Positions 22,047 to 34,000 of a stretch of DNA of 64,000 nucleotides are shown piece after piece. A model generated the notes under the pieces. It was not told where the DNA came from. It saw only the letters and a list, made by a program, of their open reading frames with translations, and did not search any database. Each line of letters opens with the position of its first letter. Position 1 is the stretch's first letter. The position numbers and the translations under genes are program-made. Origin of the DNA: Octopus sinensis (taxonomy: Eukaryota); assembly GCF_006345805.1 (NCBI RefSeq), contig NC_043010.1:46934001-46998000 (forward strand). Direction: 5' to 3'.

Positions 22047-25000
22047 GGTGAGCTGGAAGAATTGCTACCACACTGGACAAAATGCTTAACAGCATTTCAT
22101 CCTTCTTCACATTTTGAGTTCAAATTTTGCCAAGGTTGACTTTGCCTTTCTTCCTTTCAGGGTCAATAAAATAAGTACCAGTAAAACACTGGGGTCAATA
22201 TAATTGACTACCAGTTACACACTGGGATTGATGTAATCGACTAGCCCCCGTCCCCAAAATTTCAGGCCTTGTGCTTATAGTAGAAAGGATTATTATTATT
22301 GTTGTTGTTATTATTATTATTATTACCAGTACTATTATTATTACTACTACTACTATTGTTACTACTACTACTACTATTATTATTATTACTATTATTGTTG
22401 TTGTTATTACTACTACTACTAATACTGCAATTACTATTATTATTATTGTTGTTGTTGTTACTATTATTGTTATTATTATTATTATTATTACTTTTACCAC
22501 TTAAGTTCAGTTAGCAACATGATACATGTTTCTTCACATTACAAAATTAAAACAAGGTACCTCATCTTTTCAAAAAACTATGTCATGAATATTAATTATA
22601 TGTGTTTATGTTATCTTCTTCATTGTTAATATCTATATCATATCTTGTCATGAAAAGTTTAATAAGGAATGCCCATGGATTGAATTTCCAACAATAATCT
22701 ACCTTCAACATGATACTGGGAAAGAAGGTAGTAAAAGAACAAATATTTCTCAGTCTAACTACACTAGTCATAGTTATGTATTTGTAAGGCTATAAGAGGT
22801 AATGAGCTGGCAGAATCATTAGCATGCCAGGGGAAATGCTTAGTAGAATTTTGTCCATCTTTTGTCCATTATGAGTTCAAATTCTGTTGAGATTGACTTT
22901 GCCTTTCTTCTATCCTGAGTCAATAAAATAAATACCAGTTGAGCACTGGGGTTGATGTAATTGACTTAACTACTCCTGGGTATGAGTAAAAGAAAAAAAT
23001 TGCATACCTCTGTCAAGCCAGTGTGGCAGAGTAGGCTCACCAAACCAGTATGATCTCAAGCTTAAATTCATGGCCTCTACATCAGACCATGGTTGATGGA
23101 GAGAACATGCTGAGGCCCTTGTCTTGCAGTGGACTGAACATGGGCAATCCAATCCAATCCAATCCAAGGTTTCTCCATCTAGCCATATTTACTTGCACTC
23201 GCATGCATACACACACACACACACACACACACACAAGGCCATTTCTTTTTAGTTAATACTATGTTTGATTTTATTTTTCTTTATTTCTGTTCAGGTGAGT
23301 TCTGGTGAACTTATGGATCATTTCCCTCTTGTCGTGTGGCAGACAGGTTCTGGCACACAGACAAATATGAATGTGAATGAAGTGATTAGCAACCGAGCTA
23401 TTCAGTTACTTGGTGGTCAGCTTGGCAGTAAGGATCCTGTGCATCCAAATGATCATGTAAATATGAGCCAAGTAAGTGTGATTTATCTTATCAAGATAGA
23501 TATATTTTTTTTTTTTTTGTGAAATGGGGTGAAGCTATTGTTTGTCTTTTACTGGTACCTATTGACTTTCCAGAAGAACAAGAAATACGATATCCTCACA
23601 TTATTTTTCCATGCAGAAATATAAATGAATAAACAGGATGATTTAAAGCATTGACACCTTTTTCAGATACAAATTAAAATAAACTCAAAGGAAGTTAAAA
23701 GTAAACTTGAATCAAATTTAAACATCTTGAAATAAATTAATCTTGCAGTAAATTAACCCTTCAGTATTTAAACTGGCCATATCTGGCCCAAAATTTTCTA
23801 CATGTTTTTTGTTAAAAGTGGCCAGATCTGACTCCCCACAATACCTAACAATGTCATTATAAAAATATAGTCACATCATTGAAATCTCAAAGCTGCAAGA
23901 TAATGCATTATTAATTTTTTTTTTATGTGAATTAATAAGCATTACATTTGACAGAATAATCTGAATGCTAAAGGGTCAAATCTTTTTTTTCTAATTAGAT
24001 GATGGCATCCAACCTTATTTCCAATGCTTTTATAAAATGAATAATAAATAAACAGTACACAGACAAACACACACACAGACACACAAACACTCTCACACAT
24101 ACGTTTTAAGTGCAAGCTTTTTGTATGGTCCTCCACTTGTTTCCCTGATTACTTTGAGCATCCACAAGTAAGCACATTATTGTAGGTATATGTTGGCACT
24201 TTATTGGCAGCTATCAAACTGTTGAGAATTATCTGTTTTGGAAATACAATAGGCAATTACTTTGGTTATAAGTAGACATTCCTCCTCATCATCATCATTT
24301 AACATCTGCCTTCCATGCTAGCATGAGTGGGATGGTTTGACAACAGCCTGTCAGGCAGAAGCCTGCACCAGACTTCTGTGACTATTTTGGCAGGATTTTT
24401 ACAGTTGGGTACCCTTCCTAACACCAACAACTCAGCAGAGTGGACTTAATGCATTTTACATGGCACAAGCACAGGTGAGATCAGTTTTGGCAAGGTTACC
24501 GAAATATAAAGCACGTTGTTACCGAAATGCAATTCGAAAAAGCCCACCATTTACATAGATGTGAACATTTCTATATGCTATGTTGGATACAATGGTTGTT
24601 CGTCTGGTATGTTGATTTTGTTCATTCATTATAAATCTTGAATTATGCTTGCACTGATGAGTAAAGAGTGCACCACTGCAGCTAAATTCTGTTTTTAAGT
24701 GACTTGCTTCGAGACTTGCATTCGGTACGATGTGCTTATTTTTTTTAGTAGTTTTGACTTTGAGTCCCTCCTAGCGTGTGGCATTTATGTGTAGTAATGC
24801 TCTCTATATAATATATATATATAGATAGATGTGTGTGTGTGCTGGTGGAACGTAAAAAGCACCTTCCAAATGTGATTGATACCAGGGCTGCCTGACTGGT
24901 TCCCATGCCGGTGGCACATAAAAAGCACCATCCAGACATAGCCAATGCCAGTGCTTCCTGACTGGCTCCTGTGCTGGTGGCACGTAAAATGCGCTATCTG

Positions 25001-28000
25001 AACATGATCGATGCCAGGCCCACCTGACTGGCCCCTGTGCCAAAAGCACATAAAAAGCACCTACTATACTCTCTGAGTGATTGGCATTATGAAGGGCATC
25101 CAACTGTAGAAACATTGCCAGATCAGATTGGAAACTGGTGCAGCCGCTGGCTTTCCAGGCCTCAGTCAAACTGTCCAACACATGCCAGCATGGAAAACGG
25201 ATGTTAAATGATGATGATATATAAGCTGGCACTCCAGTGGTTATGACAATGAAGGTTCCAGTTGATCCAATCAATGGAACAGCTTGCTCATGAAATTAAT
25301 GTGCAAGTAGTTGAGCACTCCACAGACATGTATACCCTTAACATAGTTCTCAGGGAGATTCAGGGTGACACAGAATGTGACAAAGCTGGTTATTTGAATT
25401 ACAAGTACAACTCATTTTTGTCAACTGAGTGGATGGGGGTAACATAAAATAAAGTGTCTTACTCGAGGACAAAATGTGCCACTGGAATCAAACTCATGTC
25501 CTTATGATCATGAACTGAATACTACTAAGCTCACACACACAACAGACTTCCACACAGTTGGCATCTACTAAATTCATCCACATGGTTGGTTTGGGTCTAT
25601 ATTAGAAGAGGTGCTGTGTAGCAGGACTGAATCTAAAACCATGTGGTTGTAAAGTAAGCTTCTTAATCACACAGTCAGGACTGTGCCTTTATAGAATAAT
25701 GTTTAAGACTCAATTAAATACCAGCAATGAGAACTCACAGCTCTATCTAGAACAGATACAGAAAATGTTTTTTAGATGGAATAAAAAAAAAATTTGAAAA
25801 TATGAATTTATAATCTACACCCGTGGCTTTCAACCAGGGTCCATGTGGCTCTTGGGTGGGGTCCATATAAGATTTTGTTAAATTTATCTGCAATAAATTT
25901 GTTATACTTTCACAATTCACAAAATATATATATATTTTTTTTAATACAATTCCTAATAATATTTAATTATAAAAATATCATTTTTTAAACATTGAATTGC
26001 TGGGAGAGTCCATCCGAGTAAAATAAAAATCAAACGGGTCCATTGGTAAAAAATGATTGAGAACCGCTGATCTATGCAATAACCAACTAACAACTCAACC
26101 GTTCTTTTTCTAATTAGTGTAATTTTCTCATAACTTAGCAAAAAGAAAAATATATTTTAATCAAGTGTTCCTGAATAAGGTGCCAAATACATATTTTTTA
26201 TATTCTTATTTACTTGCTTAACCCTCTAGCATTTAAACCGGCTATATCCGTCCCAAATATTCTACCTGTGTTATACTCCAACCAACCAGATCCAGCCTAT
26301 CACACTTACTCTCTAATGCCATTGTAAAATATGCAACCATATCATCAAAATTTCGAAGTCACAAAATAATGCATGATTAATTGAAAGCAATGTGAATGTA
26401 GAAGCATTACATTGGACTGAATAATCTGAAAATGCTAAAGGGTTTTAAATACCACACCTGTCTTCAATGTGTTTACATGTCACTCTAAGAAAAACAACTT
26501 AAGAGCTTTGGATATTGGGGTCATTTGCTTATGTTTTGTGATCAAGCTTGTTTATTTTTCTTTTTATGTCTTACATTATTACAATTAATTGTTTATTCAT
26601 GTATTACAGAGTTCCAATGATACATTTCCGACTGCAATGCACATAGCTGTTGCTGCTGAAATCCACCAGCATTTATTACCTGCCCTTCATAAATTACACG
26701 AGTCTCTCAAAAACAAATCTAATGAGTTTATGGACATTATCAAAGTAGGACGTACACACACGCAAGTAAGTTATATACCAATAATTTTATCCATGTACAT
26801 TGCATGTATATATATATGATGATTGCTTCATCTTGACATATGATAACCCTCCCATTAATACACAATACAATCCCTCTGTTGATGAGCCCTCAGATGGCTT
26901 TTGAGACTAGCTCCTGACTGACTGTTTAAAACACAAGTGACAGATATTATTCATCTTTGCCCTTTAGAATCTGAATCTGAAGGAATGTTTTTATGAACTA
27001 GCATATGTCTTTTAAGTCCAGATATTGTCTTACAAGTTTTGTGATATATGGCAATTACATATATATATATATATGATAGTATTACTATCAAACAACAAAA
27101 TATAGTTACGCCATATTTCTATCGTGAAACTGCCCAAAGCACCTTTTACACAAGGGCACTTTGCAAAACAAACATATATATTAGTTCTTGACCTGATATC
27201 CTTTTGCAGTTTTGCAAAACAGTCTGCAAACTTTTTTCCTTCCATTTATTTTTTCCACTTTATGGAAGTCAATATTTTCTGTTGATGTCCACTTCAGTTA
27301 ATCTTGCTTCTCTCTCAGTTCTGTACTTTCTAGAAGAAAAGCCCTCACGTAACTGAGATGCGATGTCAACCCAAAATTTTTAAATGGTCATAGTCTTTTG
27401 GTGGCTATTTACATAAACAGTATATGAATCAACTATAGTTAGACATAACGCTGGAGATATATGGATCACCATACCTTACATCTGGACTCCAGTAGTTAAA
27501 AAAAAAAAACTTCAGTAAAAATAAAAATAAATAGTCCAATGGTTGAGCATCGGGAGGTAGATTGTGTTGTGGCCTAGTCTTTTCTGTGAAATCGGGAACT
27601 ATGGTTGATGTGATAATCTTCAACAATGTTGCCATAATGTTTTCAATATAATTTTCATCACTTTTATTATCAAAATCTTCCTCTCACAATGAAGATCCAT
27701 AAATATCAATATCAAATTTGTCCAAAGACAAATCACAGTTGTGTTCATTTATATTTTGGACATCATTAAGAGTAAAATCTTCAAAGTCAGAATTGCTACT
27801 TGCTGACACCATATCGTTGGAAACTAAGATATACACTTCTCTTCAAATGTTGAAAAAAAAGACCAAGAAGTCTAAAAAATTTCACAGTATTTTTACTTGA
27901 AAGATAAAGGCTTTGTCTTGCATTATCTCAAATCTGCGAGAATTCAATAACGTGATTTATTTAATTATTTAGTGATTTTGTAGAGGAATCAGATATTGCT

Positions 28001-31000
28001 AGATTTGGCTGGTTCAAACAAATAAAGGGGAATTATTTTCGGCCAGTCTAAACACGAAAGGGTTAATACCACTACCCAGAACTGTTTCCCTTGATATATG
28101 TCCCTCACCCTTAATACTGTCCTCCATTCTCACATCCTCTCCACCACTGTTTCTCACTCCCCCTGTGTTACACCTGCCCCTTTCTTCCCCACACTCTCAC
28201 AACCTACTCAACTACTCATCATCCCTCTCTCTCTCATCCTTCCTCTGTCTACTATATCTCCTGTATCTGTTCTGTAACTTATTACTCCACATTTTTATTC
28301 ACCTCTCAACCTTAGCCTATCTCTTGCATTTGTTGCCTATTCTTCCCTACTCATCCACTCAACACTTGTTCTTTATTATAGTCACCACCTCAACCATTCC
28401 CTATCTCTGACTCTGCCATACATTCACACATCCTTTACCCATCCACACTTCTAGTTCTTTTGCCCTGTTCACTTTTAGTCACTTTGTATTTTGAGGGTTC
28501 ACAAAGACACCTTATCACTATTTTTATCTCTTCCCAGCTCCACCTGATCACTCCCACCCTCTCTTCCAAAATGCGAGTACCCATGTAGCCCCTCTGTAGC
28601 ATGAAACTTGCCCTGCAACTAATTTTGAGCTGTGCATTTTTATATTTTCACACATCTTTTCTTTCTTTACTGTTTTACACCTGTTTTCCTCCCTGCTTAT
28701 CAAAGGGAGGAAGGCACACACGCAAATTTTGCTGTATGATTATGTTTTTATTGTTCAAATGTTATTTTGCAGGATGCAGTACCCTTAACACTTGGACAAG
28801 AGTTTAGCGGATATGTAACCCAGTTAGCTAATGGAATTGAACGCATCAAATCAACTATGCCAAGATTATATCAGCTAGCCATAGGTTTGTTAGATATCTT
28901 TATAAATTCCAATAGCTCGAGTTGGTCTCTTTTAAAAAATTTTTTTATTAACATCATCATTCAGTAATAACTGAACATTTTGTTGTTGACTCTCTTGCAG
29001 GTAGAACATTTCATTCACCAATGGTACAGACAGAGGGACATTTTGGTCATCTTTTCATAGCTCATTGTCAAACATTCTCCTATTGGTTGATTTTTTTTCT
29101 TTTTACTTCAGTAATTTGATTGTGGCCACGCTGGAGCACCACCAAATATTGCATGTTAACTTGTTGAAGCATCCATGTATTCCTATAGAATTCCAGACTG
29201 TGGCCATGCTGGGGCACCACCAACTATTGCATGTTAACTTGATGAAGCATCCATGCATTCCTGTAGAATTCCAGTGATTTTCACATCATTATGTTATATA
29301 ATTTATAGCTTTAAATGCTCAAAAGCAACATGAGTGGTTCATATTGTTTGCTTGCAAAAAGGGAGGTCTTCAATCAGTGTAGAGAGAAATGTTTGATATC
29401 TCCAAAGAGTCGAACAGTAACAATGACAGCCTAGGTAATGGAAATGATCTTAATTTGTTCTTTGTATGCAGACAATAGAGCTGAATCTAGTTGTGGAAAT
29501 GAGTTACATGATGGTGATACTTCTGACAATGCAGATGCAGGATACATGTGACTTGAAAACTGATAAATCCCACATCTTATAAAGGATTTTGTAGGCCAAG
29601 GTGGACCTAGATAGACACTAACTAAAACTACGTCTGTTGATTATTTTCATAATTCTTTTTGGCTTCTGTTGGTGCTGGGTTTTTTACTTTGGGATCATCT
29701 TGTGAAGGAAACCAAAAATATATTTCACCTGCTGTATATAGTGTTTCCCAACCTATTTTCACAAAAATACTCCACTGTAACTTTCCAAAAAAATGTATGC
29801 CCCCACTGGTGGCGGGTAAAAAAATAACTTATTTTTAATATTTGATAATTATATATTTTCCTTAAAGAAATATCCACACCAGGGCACTAGAATAACACTA
29901 TACTGTAGCAAACAGTCTTCACACAGTATGCTTGGCTGGAGGGATTGGTTTGGCTAGGTTGAGTATAAGTGTAGAATGTTAGCTGTGAAAAAAAGAATTT
30001 CACAATTCCATATTCCATTAAAAATAAATAAGAAAAGAGAAAAGAAAAAATTTTGGATTCCATGCCCCATGTTGGGAATCACTTGTATATGATATGTGGG
30101 ACCACTTCAAAAATGTCCCAGAATTCTGTGGCAACCGTTGACACTTGAAAAACTATGAGCATTTGCCGGTTTGATTTTTGAATATGGGTACTCGTCCCTC
30201 ATGCCAGTGGCATGTAAAAGTACCCACTACACTCTTAGAGTGGTTGGCATTAGGAAGGGCATCCAGCTGTTGAAACTCTGCCAGATCAAGATTGGAGCCT
30301 GGTGCAGCCATCTGGTTTGCTAGTCCTTAGTCAAATCGTCCAACTCATGCTAGCATGGAAAGCGGACATTAAATGATGATGATGTACATAAAACACACTG
30401 CATAGAGCAGTACTAGAACACATTTTCAAAAATTATTTGCCTATGTCACAAGGGTTTAAAAAAGATTATCTACTTATTAAAAGGTTAAGATCCAGGTCAG
30501 TTCTGATCAAGCATACATATGATTAAAGGAAGTTTCACTGTGACCATCGTGCCTTATGTTCCAACACAGTTTATCTAGGACTATATTATTATATAGTTAT
30601 TATTAGTAGTAGTAGTAGCAACACTGATGCTGATATTAGAATAATATGTAGGTAAATTTTTATTTCTAATTTTACTTACCTTTGCTGCTACTCTTAGCAG
30701 ATTTATCAAATAAAGATAGAAGCTTTCTCATAGACTCAACCATTTTTTCCTAAAGTTAGGATTAAGTTGTTTAATGAATACATAACTAGGATGGGGAAAT
30801 ATGTAAGATATTGATAGAGTAATCCCAAGTATTATGTAAATGCCATTAAATTTAATTTGATCATAATTTCACCAGATTCCTATAATGGTGCATGCATCTA
30901 GAAACAGCTGGTGCTAAATGAATAGCAATGACAGTTTATAGGTGATTTGAATTCACAAAAACACTCAATCTTTTCGTCATTTTCAATTATTATCTGTGTT

Positions 31001-34000
31001 ACACTAAAGAAATTGAAAGTTAAGTGCCTTTGCAAAAGATACAGTGGCAGAGAGACAAGCCATTTAGCCTTCTTAGTGGCCCCAACAGCTAATGCTCACC
31101 CCACATAAGTGAAATACTCAAAGATAGTATTTGTTGTTTTTCTTAAGTGTACTAGTGATACAAGGGAAATCTGTACAACCAAGAATTAGTTGCAGACTTA
31201 CAAGTAGCTTATCTCAATTAAGCAAGCTTCTATTTTTCCCCAAGTTAATACAGGTAATTCAGATACTGGAGATTTCTTCTTGCTCTTTAACCTTCTACTA
31301 AACATAATACATCATCATATTTTATGTCATATACTAATCAATGTCCTACAAGTTACTGCACACATTTATATTCTAGTACGTCCTTTCCGTTTTTAGCATA
31401 TTCCAAATAATTTTTTTAAAGATCTATTTTCATATCTGATCCATCTTCTCTGTCCACTATTCCTGGAAGAGTTGTTGGGGTAGTTTTCAGGCCCTTCCTC
31501 CATAGGGTCCTATCAGAAGCAATCATCATTAGACTTTCCAGTTAGATTCCCAAGCACGACCAACTGAGACTATGAATATATTCCAGCCATTTCATTCTTG
31601 GTCTACCCCAAGTTCTCCTGCTGATTGGCTCAACTTGAATGATCTGTCTTGTGATTTTTTTCCTGCTACATTCTAATAATATGTCCAAATTCCTGGAGCT
31701 GTGACTTCTGAATATGGAGAAGTAACAGTTTAACCTACCTTTGCTTTGATTTCATCCAATAAGCATTTTTTAAATCTGCAATTTATTTATTTTAACAAGG
31801 TGGCACAGCTGTTGGAACTGGAATAAATACAAGAATTGGATTTGCAGAAAAAATTGCTTCTAACATTGCTGAAATTACAGGTAAAGTTTTATAAAACTAA
31901 GTTTGATTCCTTATGTTGCAAATATTTTCCATTTGTTTTCATGAAATTTGTCTACTTAAATATATTTTCAATTTTGTGAGGATTGTAATTTTTAGAAATG
32001 TAATTGGTTGTCTCAAGTAAGATATAAGCTTCTCAATTGGAGATTTCAACCAAGTGTTATATTTAGGAAATAAAAAGGCAATATTTGAAAGGACAATTTT
32101 GTATGAGTGCTTTTCGATATTTGTCAGTGATTCCAACCCGATCATGATACAGGCAGTGATTTGTGTTAACAAAATCTCTCAGTTGTGAAAACATACTTTT
32201 TGTTTACACGTTGCTACAACTTTGTTGTAGAAATGGCAGGTGTTACAACACAAACATTTTCACTATAAATAGAAAATAAATGTGTAAGGAGTGACATGTA
32301 TTGATAGAAAGAAATTTGCTAAATATTCTTTATTTAAATGTACTGTACTCTTAACTTTTCCTTTCACAACAACTTTGTGTGTTACAGGTTCTATCTTTAT
32401 ATCATATTTTTAGGGCTTCCTTTCCAATCTGCTCCTAATAAATTTGAAGCACTTGCAGCTCATGACGCACTTGTTGAAGTACATGGAGCTTTAAATGTTG
32501 TGGCATGCAGTTTAATGAAAATTGGTAATGACCTACGCTTCCTTGCTTCTGGTCCTCGGTGTGGTTTTGGAGAATTAATTCTTCCTGAAAATGAGCCTGG
32601 AAGTAGTATCATGCCAGGTGAGTGAAATGTATATCAAATTTTTATATTAGATTTATCTTTTTGAATTCTGTGAGCTGATTTTATTAGGTAACACAAGCTC
32701 ACTAGTTGTCCATTGCAGTTATTATATAGTAGCTTTAAACAAGGCTTTCATATGATTGTGACTGGTTCTGTGCTAACAGGGATTATGACGCCTGGTGCCA
32801 ACAACTGATGGTTTTAAGTTCCCAATTAAAGTTTTTGTTATATCCTTAAAATGTTAGATTGCTATAACGCCCACTTTGGTATACAGTATACTTATACAAC
32901 TATTTCTGACTGCCTACTATATACGCCAGTACTTCACGTACTTCTCTTTACTTGCAGTGACTAGGTTATTCCATTCATCATGTGAGAAAGGTGTACCATT
33001 ATTACTAATTCCCTACATCTCCCCTTTTAAGTTTTTCTTAGGAAGTGTCATTTTATTTAGCAATATTTTTTATTCACCCCACCTCCCTTTTTTGATTTTT
33101 TTTCTTCTGTACTATTTAATATTTTTTGTGCTTGGCATCTATTTTCAAGAACTCTGTATGTTTTCTTTTCCTCTCACTTGTACACCTGGGTTCAATCACC
33201 TGTAGTGGTGTTGGTATTTGGAATGTATTGAACAACCATTCCATTGGTTCCTCCAACTTCTTAGGTTCACTCTTCACGAATCTTTTTTTTTTTTTCAGTT
33301 GGTTCATGTGTCTCTTTTGTATACCTTTTCTATTTTTTTACCCAATACATCATTTTACCTATGCATTTGGTAATCACACCATCTTCCCAACTCTGCTTTT
33401 CATTCTTGTATGCCCTCATATACACCTTCTCACCAACTTTAAAGAATCGTGCTATGTCATCCCTGGCACTTTTTCTTTTCTTGCCAGATAGCAATTTATC
33501 AAGGACAGATTTTACTTTCCTTGCAAACATCAGCTCTGCTGATGTATTCAGATTTGATATTACACAGTACACTCTAAAAAATTATTGAGCTACCTCATAC
33601 GTTTTGCAAGGTTGAAACACAAAAATCAGTCCTGGTAGTATTTTAACTTTAAATGTAGAGGGACATAAGTAAATATCACAAGGCATACTAATAGTTCTGC
33701 AAAATAAGTTTCAAGAGAGTTATTCTGAATTGTTTTTGATGTTTTACACCCTAATTATTATCTTCAGTTTTGGGGCTGTGATCTATTTTCTTGGTGTCCT
33801 AGTTATGTTCTAAGAATAGAACAGGTGAAATCAAGTACTAAATTGAGCAAGTTAGATTGTGATGACAGAACTAGGACAGTATCTTACCCTGTAGCTCACT
33901 ATTCAATTCTTCCCGCATCACAAAGGTCTATAGAGCTGGTTGTCTATTTTGGTTTCAGTAAAGTAAAACAAATTAAATAAATATATATGGCACAAAATTG

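Noticed and set aside
22195-22514. Three overlapping ORFs of poly-Ile/Val/Thr/Leu
   Set aside because: They are translations of an (ATT/ACT/GTT)n microsatellite at a SINE tail.
29340-29620. Second piggyBac N-terminal relic (+)
   Set aside because: Acidic decayed frames only, with no TIR or TTAA boundary found.
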